Origin: a virus
Taxonomy: Duplodnaviria; Caudoviricetes
Reading direction: 5' to 3' (one strand)
Virus record (IMG/VR): IMGVR_UViG_3300016722_000152
Location: 1-40,349 of that record
DNA: 40,349 bases
The notes under the pieces are model-generated. The model ran no database searches. It was not told where the DNA came from and saw only the letters and a program-made list of their open reading frames with translations. Below, one piece after another: positions 7,235 through 16,133 of the stretch. Position numbers and translations under genes: made by a program. Within the stretch, counting starts at the first letter, position 1. Every line of letters begins with the position of its first letter.

Positions 7235-9592
7235 ATGATAATATCAGTTGCAAATAACAGAACTTCAAAGTATTGGAAGTCTATAAATATGTCTTGGGAT
7301 GAATTTGTAGAGAAAGTTAAAGTAACCACAAGAACTACTGAAAGTGTAGAAGAATATAAAAGACTTTCAAAGGTAAAACAAGATGAAGTAAAAGACGTTG
7401 GTGGATTTGTTGGAGGAAAGCTTAAAGAGGGTAAACGTAAGAATGGATATGTTGAATATAGAACAATGTTAACTCTTGATATGGATTATGCTGCACCAGA
7501 ACTTTGGGAGCAAATCACTATGTTTTATGATTTCACCTGCTGCATCTATTCAACTCACAAACACACTTCTGAAAAGCCAAGACTTAGATTAATTATACCT
7601 TTATCAAGAAATGTTACAGCAGATGAATATACAGCTATAGGTAGAATGGTAGCTTCGGATATTGGCATAGAGCAGTTTGATGATACCACATATGAGCCTA
7701 CAAGATTAATGTATTGGCCATCAACCTCAAGTGATGGAGATTTTGTTTTTGAGGAGCAAGATGGTGTTTTTTTAGATGCAGATAAGATACTTTCAAGATA
7801 TAAGGATTGGCATGACAGCAGTAAATGGCCCGTTTCTTCAAGGCAGACAAGTATAGTAAAACACAGCATGACTAAACAAGCTGACCCATTAGAAAAGGAA
7901 GGTTTAATAGGAGTATTTTGTAGGACTTATACCATAGGAGAAGCTATTGATAATTTCTTATCTGATGTTTACAAGCCAAGTTTACTTGAAGGTAGGTATG
8001 ATTATGCGCCTGCTGATTCAACTGCAGGTGTACTTATTTATGATGATAAGTTTGTCTTTTCACATCATGCTACAGATCCAGCTTGTAGTAAATTGTGCAA
8101 TGCCTTTGATTTAGTAAGGATTCATAAATTTGGAGAACTTGATGGTAAAGCAGATGAGGATATATCACCTTCAAAACTTTCATCTTTCAAAGCAATGCAG
8201 GAGTTATGTACAGAAGATGTTAATGTGAAAAAGCAACTAGCAAGGGAGCGAATAGAGCAAGCCACAACTGACTTTTCAAATACTGAGGATGAAGATTGGC
8301 AGACTAGGCTTGAAGTTAGTAAAAAAGGAGATGTTCTTAATACATTAAAGAATTTGATAACTATTCTTGAATGTGATCCTAAATTAAAATCAATAGCATT
8401 TAACCAGTTAAGTGATGGAATGGAAATAAAAGCTGAAGTTCCCTGGAAGCATCCAAATAAGTTTTGGAGAGATGCAGATGACGCTCAACTTATAAGCTAT
8501 ATCGATTTAACTTATGGTTCCTTTACAGCAAGAAACTATAACATAGCTGTTACTAAGGTCACAGATGACCGTTCATACCATCCGATAAGAGAATTTTTAG
8601 ATAAGCTTCCTAAATGGGATGGAGTGAAAAGGCTTGAAACATTATTTATAGATTATTTCAATGCTAATGATGAAGAATACACTAGAGCAGTAACCAGAAA
8701 GGTTTTTATTGCAGCAGTAGCTAGAGTTATGAAGCCTGGGATTAAGTTTGACTGGATGCTTGTTTTAAATGGTCCTCCAGGAATAGGTAAGAGTACTATT
8801 ATCGGACGATTAGCTTCAGAATGGTTTAACGATTCCTTAAAGCTATCTGATACAAAGGATAAGACCGCAGCAGAAAAGCTTCAAGGGTATTGGATTCTTG
8901 AAATTGGAGAACTTGCAGGTATGAGTAAGGTAGAGGAAAACATTCTTAAAAACTTCTTATCCAGTCAAAATGACATCTATAGGGCAAGTTTTGGAAAGCG
9001 TGCTACACCTCATCCAAGGCAGTGTATATTTATCGGAACTACTAATGAAGAACGTGGATATTTACGTGATACCACAGGCAATAGAAGGTTTTGGCCATTG
9101 AAGGTTTATAGGTCAGAAAAAAAGCCTTGGGATATGACAGAGGAAGAAGTTAGGCAAATTTGGGCAGAGGCTAAGGTGTATTTTGAAGCGAATGAGGATC
9201 TGCAGCTATCACCTGAACTTGAAAAGAGGGCAAATGAATTACAAAATGAAGCTATGGAAGCTGATGACCGCCAAGGTATCATTGAAAGTTATCTTGAAAT
9301 GTTACTTCCTGATGACTGGGAGAGTTTTGATATCTATAAACGCAGAGAATATATCAATGAGTATTACAATGATGATTCAATTATTCCAAAGGGTACAGTT
9401 CAAAGAGAAACAGTATCTGTTATCGAAATATGGTGTGAAGCCTTTGGGAAAAACAAAGCTGATTTAGAAAGATTTAAGTCTTTTGAAATCACAAAAATGC
9501 TAAGAAGAATTCCATGTTGGGTTCAAGACCCTAAGCAAAAGTGGAATAAGTTATATGGAAATACAAGAACATTTAGGAGAGTTAAGTTTTAG
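7235..9592 (+). CDS. VapE/VirE-family primase-helicase
   Basis: N-terminal TLDMD..YSTHKH primase-like motifs; Walker A GPPGIGKS; LEIGEL; FIGTTN; TGNRRFWP. Confidence 0.9.
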   Translation: MIISVANNRTSKYWKSINMSWDEFVEKVKVTTRTTESVEEYKRLSKVKQDEVKDVGGFVGGKLKEGKRKNGYVEYRTMLTLDMDYAAPELWEQITMFYDFTCCIYSTHKHTSEKPRLRLIIPLSRNVTADEYTAIGRMVASDIGIEQFDDTTYEPTRLMYWPSTSSDGDFVFEEQDGVFLDADKILSRYKDWHDSSKWPVSSRQTSIVKHSMTKQADPLEKEGLIGVFCRTYTIGEAIDNFLSDVYKPSLLEGRYDYAPADSTAGVLIYDDKFVFSHHATDPACSKLCNAFDLVRIHKFGELDGKADEDISPSKLSSFKAMQELCTEDVNVKKQLARERIEQATTDFSNTEDEDWQTRLEVSKKGDVLNTLKNLITILECDPKLKSIAFNQLSDGMEIKAEVPWKHPNKFWRDADDAQLISYIDLTYGSFTARNYNIAVTKVTDDRSYHPIREFLDKLPKWDGVKRLETLFIDYFNANDEEYTRAVTRKVFIAAVARVMKPGIKFDWMLVLNGPPGIGKSTIIGRLASEWFNDSLKLSDTKDKTAAEKLQGYWILEIGELAGMSKVEENILKNFLSSQNDIYRASFGKRATPHPRQCIFIGTTNEERGYLRDTTGNRRFWPLKVYRSEKKPWDMTEEEVRQIWAEAKVYFEANEDLQLSPELEKRANELQNEAMEADDRQGIIESYLEMLLPDDWESFDIYKRREYINEYYNDDSIIPKGTVQRETVSVIEIWCEAFGKNKADLERFKSFEITKMLRRIPCWVQDPKQKWNKLYGNTRTFRRVKF

Positions 9593-9770
9593 CTAGAATT
9601 TAGTTAGGTCTTGTTAGAAATATAGTTAAGTTTTGGGTAGAGTTAAAAAGTGTTGATTTACCTGGTTTTGCATTAGCTCTACTTAACTAACTATATATAT
9701 ATTACTACTAATAATAATAAATAATAGCATAAGGCGTGAGCGCACGTAAATGCATATACGCACGTATAGG
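9580..9770. other. Putative phage replication origin
   Basis: Direct repeat AGTTAAGTTTT (9580, 9624), inverted copy ACTTAACTA (9681), AT-rich tract, then alternating purine-pyrimidine tract; follows the primase-helicase. Confidence 0.45.
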
Positions 9771-9880
9771 GAAACCTACACTTTGTTATTAGATACAGAG
9801 TGAAACTCAGTGAATTCAATGGGTTGAACCTACAACAAGAATTCTAATGGATAGATTGTTAGTAAGAAAGGGGCAGAAAT

Positions 9881-10111
9881 ATGATTAGTTTTTATGAGTG
9901 GTGTATAGAAAAATATTATGGAGTGGATAACCCCAAAGGAGATTTGGCTGGAGATATGAAAAATGATGGTGGGTTTCCAAAAGAATCTATATCCAAGATT
10001 GAAATAGAAGTTTACCTAATGTCAAAAAGAGCATGTAGTGAAGCTATAAAAACTTTTAGGAGGCTTTATGAGAGAGAGTACATTAGAGAAATTGTTTGTA
10101 AAAGAAGTTAA
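9881..10111 (+). CDS. YozE SAM-like domain protein
   Basis: SFYEW...GDLAGDMKNDGGFPK...EIEVYL pattern. Confidence 0.7.
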   Translation: MISFYEWCIEKYYGVDNPKGDLAGDMKNDGGFPKESISKIEIEVYLMSKRACSEAIKTFRRLYEREYIREIVCKRS

Positions 10112-10349
10112 AAAACGTGGAGGGTTGGCATTAAAGTTTGTATCGCCTGGAATGTCAGGTGTGTCAGATAGAATTGTTTTAATGAAAAATGGAAGGATGG
10201 CATTTGTGGAACTTAAAGCACCAGGAAAGAAAATGCGACCTCTTCAGATAAAGAGAAAAGGACAATTAGAATCATTAGGATTTAAGGTATATTGCATAGA
10301 TAACAAAGAACAGATTGGAGGAGTAATTGATGAAATTGAAAAGAGATGA
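10068..10349 (+). CDS. VRR-NUC domain nuclease
   Basis: KFVSPGMSGVSDRIV...FVELKAPG...PLQ. Confidence 0.9.
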   Translation: MRESTLEKLFVKEVKKRGGLALKFVSPGMSGVSDRIVLMKNGRMAFVELKAPGKKMRPLQIKRKGQLESLGFKVYCIDNKEQIGGVIDEIEKR

Positions 10350-11697
10350 TATGCATGAATATCAAAATTACTGTATTGAAAAGATTATAGATAATCCTAT
10401 GTTTGCACTTTTACTGGATATGGGTTTAGGCAAAAGCGTTATAACTTTAACAGCTATTTGGGATTTAATCTTTGATTATTTTGAAGTTTCAAAAGTTCTT
10501 ATAATTGCTCCACTTAGAGTAGCAAGAGATACTTGGTCAAAAGAAATTGAAAAATGGGAACATTTAAAAGAACTTAGAATTTCAAAGATTCTTGGAACTG
10601 AAAAAGAAAGACTAGCAGCTGTTGTTAGAAAAGCTGATATTTATATTATAAATCGTGAAAATGTAGAATGGCTTTGTGAAGATTATAAATTTAATTTTGA
10701 TATGGTGATAATTGATGAACTTAGTTCTTTTAAATCACACAAATCAAAAAGGTTTAAAGCACTTAGAAAAGTAAGACCCAATGTTAAAAGAATAGTTGGA
10801 CTTACAGGAACACCAGCACCAAATAGTTTAATGGATTTATGGAGTCAGATAAATTTACTTGATATGGGAGAAAGACTTGGAAGATTTATTGGTGGATATA
10901 GAGAAAGATATTTTACACCAGACAAAAGAAGTAGAGAAGTTGTATTTTCATATAAACCAAGAGATGGATCAAAAGATGCAATTTATAAAAAAATAAGTGA
11001 TATTTGTATTAGTATGAAGGCACTTGATTATTTAGATATGCCAGATTGTATTTATAACAAGGTTGAAATTAAAATGAATGAAAAAGAAGAAAAACTTTAT
11101 AAAAAATTAGAAACAGAAATGTTACTTTCATTTGAAGAAGGAGATATAGATGCAGTAAATGCAGCAGCTCTTTCAAATAAGTTACTTCAAATGGCAAATG
11201 GAGCTGTCTATGATGAAAATGGAAAAGTTAAAGTAATACATGATAAAAAAATAGATGTTTTAGAAGATTTAATTGAAGGAGCAAATGGGAAACCAGTGCT
11301 TGTGTTTTATGGATACAAACATGATAAAGATAGAATTGTTAAAAGATTTAAGGCAGAAGAAATTAATACTTCTGAAGATATAACAAGATGGAATAATGGA
11401 GAAATTAAGGTGGCAATTGTTCATCCAGCTTCAGCAGGTCATGGATTAAATCTTCAAACAGGTGGATCAACAGCAATATGGTTTGGACTTAATTGGAGTT
11501 TAGAACTTTATCAGCAAGCAAATGCAAGACTTTGGAGACAAGGACAAAAGAGTACGGTTGTTATTCACCATATTATAACTAAAGGAACAGTAGATGAAGA
11601 TGTTATGAAAGCACTTGAAAGAAAAGATATAGGACAGGCTGCTTTAATTGAAGCCATGAAAGTACGAGTTGGAGGTGTTAAAAATGAAAATTTATAG
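10330..11697 (+). CDS. SNF2-like superfamily 2 helicase
   Basis: LDMGLGKS, IIDELS, GLTGTP, GHGLNLQ, QANARLWRQGQ. Confidence 0.92.
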   Translation: MKLKRDDMHEYQNYCIEKIIDNPMFALLLDMGLGKSVITLTAIWDLIFDYFEVSKVLIIAPLRVARDTWSKEIEKWEHLKELRISKILGTEKERLAAVVRKADIYIINRENVEWLCEDYKFNFDMVIIDELSSFKSHKSKRFKALRKVRPNVKRIVGLTGTPAPNSLMDLWSQINLLDMGERLGRFIGGYRERYFTPDKRSREVVFSYKPRDGSKDAIYKKISDICISMKALDYLDMPDCIYNKVEIKMNEKEEKLYKKLETEMLLSFEEGDIDAVNAAALSNKLLQMANGAVYDENGKVKVIHDKKIDVLEDLIEGANGKPVLVFYGYKHDKDRIVKRFKAEEINTSEDITRWNNGEIKVAIVHPASAGHGLNLQTGGSTAIWFGLNWSLELYQQANARLWRQGQKSTVVIHHIITKGTVDEDVMKALERKDIGQAALIEAMKVRVGGVKNENL

Positions 11698-12040
11698 GAA
11701 TAGTATTATAATGGTCGACTTTGGGGAATTACAAGGTTCTGTTCAAAAAGGAGTAAGACCAGCAATAGTTATTCAAAATGACATTGGAAATAAATATTCT
11801 ACAACCACAATAGTTGTACCAATAACAGGGAAAATAAAAAAGACTCTTCCAACACATCATGAATTATCTTCTAAAAATTATTGTTGTTTAAAATGTGATA
11901 GCACAATATTAGCAGAGCAAGTAATAACAATATCAAAAGAACAGATTTTAGATATTATTGGACATCTTAGAGAAGATGATGAAGCCAAATTAAATGAAAT
12001 ATTAGCAATAAGCATGAACATAAAAAGTAATAGGATTTAA
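11684..12040 (+). CDS. PemK/MazF-family endoribonuclease, no adjacent antitoxin recognised
   Basis: GSVQKGVRPAIVIQNDIGNKYSTTTIVVPIT closely matches the Firmicutes NdoA/MazF signature; GGAGG RBS. Confidence 0.88.
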   Translation: MKIYRNSIIMVDFGELQGSVQKGVRPAIVIQNDIGNKYSTTTIVVPITGKIKKTLPTHHELSSKNYCCLKCDSTILAEQVITISKEQILDIIGHLREDDEAKLNEILAISMNIKSNRI

Positions 12041-12059
12041 GAGATGGAGGGATAAGTTT

Positions 12060-12290
12060 ATGAAAATAAATAGTATTTGTATAGGTCAGACTAAAAACAA
12101 CGGATGTAAAAAACTAACTGTGGATAAATGTATAGGAGAATCTTGTTCTTTTATACAAACAAAAGAACAAGCGGATGCTTCTAAAAAAAGGTCTTTTGAA
12201 AGATTGGCAAGCCTTAGACAAGAACGTCAAAGTCATATTGCAGAAAAGTATTATAGCGCGAAAATGCCTTGGCTTAAAGGTGGTGTTTAG
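12060..12290 (+). CDS. Small Cys-rich hypothetical protein
   Basis: GGAGG RBS; four Cys in the N-terminal half. Confidence 0.7.
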   Translation: MKINSICIGQTKNNGCKKLTVDKCIGESCSFIQTKEQADASKKRSFERLASLRQERQSHIAEKYYSAKMPWLKGGV

Positions 12291-12291
12291 T

Positions 12292-12717
12292 ATGACTACT
12301 AAAGAGTATTTGGCACAAGCCTATCGTATTGACCAAAGAATAAATAGTAAGCTTGAGCAGATCGTTTCGCTTCGAGAATTGGCTACAAAAGCAACGTCTA
12401 CACTAAGCGATATGCCACCAAGTGGTACTCGTAATATGCATTCTATGGAAGGAATCATAGTGAAGATGGTTGATTTAGAAAGAGAAATCAATCATGATAT
12501 TGATACTCTTGTGGATTTAAAGAGAGAAATAATGTCTATTATAAAAAAGATAAATAATCCAGAACAACAAACGCTTTTAGAACTTCGTTATCTTTGCTTT
12601 AAAACTTGGGAGCAGATTGCAGTAGATATGGGATATAGTTCTCAACATATTTTTCGCATCCATGATAAGATACTAAAAGGAATCATTATTACCAAAGATG
12701 AGAGTAAATGTGATTGA
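12292..12717 (+). CDS. DUF1492/ArpU-RinA-like late transcriptional regulator
   Basis: MTTKEYLAQAY start; LLELRYLCFKTWEQIAVDMGYS HTH; last gene before HNH and packaging genes. Confidence 0.8.
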   Translation: MTTKEYLAQAYRIDQRINSKLEQIVSLRELATKATSTLSDMPPSGTRNMHSMEGIIVKMVDLEREINHDIDTLVDLKREIMSIIKKINNPEQQTLLELRYLCFKTWEQIAVDMGYSSQHIFRIHDKILKGIIITKDESKCD

Positions 12718-12749
12718 ATGAGAGTATCATCTTCTGATAATATTATAAT
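12698..12749 (+). promoter_or_regulatory. Putative activator-dependent late promoter
   Basis: ATGAGAGTA at 12698 and 12718 with a degenerate copy at 12708; TATAAT at 12744; no consensus -35. Confidence 0.6.
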
Positions 12750-12768
12750 AGACGAGATGTAGATAATT

Positions 12769-12805
12769 AAAGAGCCGCTGCAGAAAAAACTGTAGTGGCT
12801 TTTTC
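12769..12805 (+). terminator. Terminator-like hairpin in the late leader
   Basis: AAAGAGCCGCTGCAG-A6-CTGTAGTGGCTTTTT. Confidence 0.65.
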
Positions 12806-12829
12806 TATGACTGAAATGAGGTGAAGTGA

Positions 12830-13183
12830 TTGCCAAAGAAACCATTAAAACCTTGTAAGCATCCAGGTTGTCCTAAACTTACTGAAGAAAAATACTGTGA
12901 TGAACACAAAGGATTTCATGTGAATGATAGAGCAAATGCAAGTAGGCGTGGTTATGATAGTAGATGGAGAACAGCTAGAAATAGATTTTTAAAAGTTAAT
13001 CCGTTGTGTGTTAAATGTAAGGAACAAGGTAAACTTACTAAAGCAACTGTTGTTGATCACATTAAACCACATCGAGGTGATAAGAATTTGTTTTGGGATG
13101 AGAGCAATTGGCAATCACTTTGCAAGAGTTGTCATGATACTAAAACAATGACTGAAGATAGATATAAAGAATACAGATTTTAA
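12830..13183 (+). CDS. Terminase-associated HNH endonuclease
   Basis: PCKHPGCP, PLCVKC, VDHIKPH, NWQSLCKSCHDTKT. Confidence 0.92.
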   Translation: MPKKPLKPCKHPGCPKLTEEKYCDEHKGFHVNDRANASRRGYDSRWRTARNRFLKVNPLCVKCKEQGKLTKATVVDHIKPHRGDKNLFWDESNWQSLCKSCHDTKTMTEDRYKEYRF

Positions 13184-13199
13184 CAGTGGGCATTTTTAA

Positions 13200-13290
13200 A
13201 CGGATAGGGCGGTCATTATCTCTACAAAGGACAAGCTAAAGACCGCCGCCCCCTCTCGCGTGAATTTTCGCAGAATTACGCAAGGGGGGA
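13200..13290. other. Candidate cos packaging site
   Basis: GC-rich island right after HNH with inverted repeat GGCGGTC(13208)/GACCGCC(13241), followed by GCCCCC. Confidence 0.55.
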
Positions 13291-13526
13291 TATAATTTTA
13301 GAATAAAAAAATGCATTAAACATAGTAATAACAACTGCTTATCTAAACTAGCAATTTGCGAGATGGTTAAATTAGTAAATTTGAAAATTCCTTTATTGAA
13401 CATAATGTGAAAGTTATATTTAATTCAGATAATGAAAACAAATATATTAATTAAATTAAATATAAGTTATAATTAGGGTATAATGGTATTATAATACACA
13501 CTAAAGCGAAAATAGGGGGAAATATT

Positions 13527-14207
13527 ATGGGTTTTATTAAAGATTTAGGTTCTTTTGCAGGTAAGCTTGCAGGTGGGGTTGTTGGTGGAGCAATAGAAAT
13601 TGTTGGAGAAGTTACAAATAGTGACTTTATTAAAGATGTTGGAAAAGGAGTTAACCAAGTATCTTCAAAATCTGGTGAATTACTAGGAAATCTAGTAGAA
13701 GGAACTGTTGATACAGTTACAGGTATAATTTCAGATGATGATTATTTAAAAAATAAGGGGAAAACACAATTTTTTGATGCAGCTGTAGATACAATAACTG
13801 GCGTTGCTAATGGAGTTGTAACTGTTGGAAAGAAAGGAATTGACACTGCAGGAGCAATTTTGGATGGTGATACAGAAAAAGCAATTGAATGTGGAAAAGA
13901 TTTTGCTAAAATAGCGGCAGTAAGTGTACTATCTATAGGTGTTATAGACGTTATAGATGGTTTAGATGGGTTAGATATACTAGATGGAACTGACCAGATG
14001 GCAATTTCTGATGGAATAGACATGAGTGATACTGTGGATGCTGACTTTGATGATGTTGGTGTGGAGAATTTAAATATGCATAGTGTTACACCTCATTGGA
14101 GAACGCTTTCTGATGGAGGAGAAATTTGGGTTGATGGTGATGGCGATACAAGTGTGAATACAGGAGATGGTTGGATGCAACATAATCCAGATTATAAGAG
14201 CATTTAA
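13527..14207 (+). CDS. Moron: Gly/Asp-rich hypothetical protein
   Basis: 226 aa; TATAAT boxes at 13468, 13479 and 13490; GGGGG RBS; own terminator. Confidence 0.8.
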   Translation: MGFIKDLGSFAGKLAGGVVGGAIEIVGEVTNSDFIKDVGKGVNQVSSKSGELLGNLVEGTVDTVTGIISDDDYLKNKGKTQFFDAAVDTITGVANGVVTVGKKGIDTAGAILDGDTEKAIECGKDFAKIAAVSVLSIGVIDVIDGLDGLDILDGTDQMAISDGIDMSDTVDADFDDVGVENLNMHSVTPHWRTLSDGGEIWVDGDGDTSVNTGDGWMQHNPDYKSI

Positions 14208-14240
14208 AATTATAGATAGAATAAAAAAGGTAATACATAT

Positions 14241-14285
14241 AAACGCTAAGAAAACTAGTAATAGTTATTCGAGGCGTTTTTTATT
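14241..14285 (+). terminator. Intrinsic terminator
   Basis: AAACGCT..AACTA-GTAA-TAGTT..GGCGTTTTTT. Confidence 0.65.
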
Positions 14286-14316
14286 GCACTAAAACTCATT
14301 GAAAGGAGCATATCAT

Positions 14317-14754
14317 ATGACTGTGGACGAAAAAGAAAAAATAAAAGAATTAAGGTTAAAAGGTATGGGCTATAAAGGAATTTCTAGTATTTTAGGATTA
14401 TCTAGAGATAGTGTTAGAGGCTTTTGTAAGCGAAATGATTTAAATGGCAGTTCATGTGTTGTTGCTCTTAATTTTGAAGAAAAAAGAAAAAGAAATTTAA
14501 TTTGTGATTGTTGTGAAAAATCTATAAAACAAAAAGTAAAAGGTAGGATAAGAAGATTTTGCAGTGATGAGTGTAGGCGAAAATGGTGGAATGAAAATCA
14601 AGATGAAAAAAATAAAAGTGAAACTGCTACTTACAAATATACATGCCCATATTGTGGTGAAAAGTTCATTGTTTATGGAAATAAGAAACGCAAATATTGC
14701 AGTCATAACTGTTATATAAAAGATAGGTTCTGGAGGGAAGAAGATGGAGTTTAA
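14317..14754 (+). CDS. HTH plus zinc-finger protein
   Basis: GMGYKGISSILGLSRDSVRGFC HTH; CDCC..FCSDEC and CPYC..YCSHNC; AAGGAG RBS. Confidence 0.8.
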   Translation: MTVDEKEKIKELRLKGMGYKGISSILGLSRDSVRGFCKRNDLNGSSCVVALNFEEKRKRNLICDCCEKSIKQKVKGRIRRFCSDECRRKWWNENQDEKNKSETATYKYTCPYCGEKFIVYGNKKRKYCSHNCYIKDRFWREEDGV

Positions 14755-15982
14755 AAAGTTAAAAATAGATTCACTGATTCCAGCTGAGTATAATCCAAGA
14801 AAAAAGCTAAAGCCTGGAGATAGTGAATTTGAAAAAATAAAAAATAGTATCAATGAGTTTGGATATGTGGACCCTATTATTGTAAATAATGATTTAACAG
14901 TAATTGGAGGCCATCAAAGAATATCAGTTCTAAAGACCTTAGGATTTATAGAAATAGATTGTGTGGTTATTGATGTTGATAAAACAAAAGAAAAGGCATT
15001 AAACATTGCGCTTAATAAAATTAGTGGTGAATGGAATAAGGAATTACTTGCTGATCTTATAAAGGATTTGCAATCTTTAGATTATGAGACATCATTTACA
15101 GGATTTGACCCACCGGAGATTGATGCATTATTTAATGAACTTCATCCTAAAGATGTGACAGAGGATGGTTTTGATGAACCACTTCCTGAAATACCAATTA
15201 CAAAACAAGGTGATGTTTGGTTTTTAGGAAGGCACCGTTTAATCTGTGGTGATAGCAAAAAGCTTCAAACTTATGAAACATTAATGGATGGAAAGAAAGC
15301 AAATCTAGTGGTAACAGATCCTCCATACAATGTGGCTTATGAAGGAACTGCTGGAACAATTCAAAATGATAATATGGAAGATAAAAAGTTTTATGAATTT
15401 CTTCTTAATGCTTATAAAGGCATGTATGAAAGTCTTGCAGATGGAGGTTCAATTTATGTATTCCATGCTGATAAGGAAACTGTTAATTTTAGAACAGCAT
15501 TTAAAGATGCAGGATTCTTTTGTCATCAAACTTGTATTTGGATAAAAAATTCACCAGTGCTTGGACGATGTGATTATCAATATAATCATGAACCAGTACT
15601 TGTAGGTTGGAAGCCAACTTCTGGACATAAGTTTTATGCAGATAGGAAGCAAAGAACCACTTGGAATTTTGATAGGCCCACAAAATCAAAATATCATCCG
15701 ACAATGAAGCCAATAGCATTAGTAGCTTACCCAATTACAAACTCAAGTTTAACTAATTCTATAGTTCTTGATCCATTTGGTGGAAGTGGTTCAACTCTTA
15801 TAGCTTGTGAACAAACAGACAGGATATGTTACACAATAGAACTTGATGAAAAGTATGCAGATGTCATTGTAAAAAGATACATTGAGCAAGTTGGAACTGA
15901 TGAAGGTGTATTTCTTTTGAGAGATGGAGTTAAAATTAAATATACAGATATTTCAATAGAAGAACAAGAGAAGCCACTTTAA
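14744..15982 (+). CDS. ParB-like domain fused to an N6-adenine/N4-cytosine DNA methyltransferase
   Basis: YNPRK..GYVDPII..IGGHQR (ParB); DPPY, HPTMKP, LDPFGGSGST. Confidence 0.92.
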   Translation: MEFKKLKIDSLIPAEYNPRKKLKPGDSEFEKIKNSINEFGYVDPIIVNNDLTVIGGHQRISVLKTLGFIEIDCVVIDVDKTKEKALNIALNKISGEWNKELLADLIKDLQSLDYETSFTGFDPPEIDALFNELHPKDVTEDGFDEPLPEIPITKQGDVWFLGRHRLICGDSKKLQTYETLMDGKKANLVVTDPPYNVAYEGTAGTIQNDNMEDKKFYEFLLNAYKGMYESLADGGSIYVFHADKETVNFRTAFKDAGFFCHQTCIWIKNSPVLGRCDYQYNHEPVLVGWKPTSGHKFYADRKQRTTWNFDRPTKSKYHPTMKPIALVAYPITNSSLTNSIVLDPFGGSGSTLIACEQTDRICYTIELDEKYADVIVKRYIEQVGTDEGVFLLRDGVKIKYTDISIEEQEKPL

Positions 15983-16133
15983 AAGGTAGTTTTTCTAATG
16001 ACATTATCATAGGAATATTGTCATTAAAATCCTGTGTTTTTTCTTCATATATAACTGGCTATGTAGCCCCCGTAGAGGTAATATGTACACTACCAAAAGG
16101 TAATAAACACACTTTGAAAGGGGCATAAACGCA

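Noticed and set aside
7235-9592. 'Virulence-associated protein E' as a virulence factor
   Set aside because: Motifs and context indicate a phage primase-helicase; the name is historical.
14744-15982. Restriction-modification system
   Set aside because: No cognate restriction nuclease is adjacent. The HNH is the terminase-associated type, so this looks like an orphan methyltransferase.
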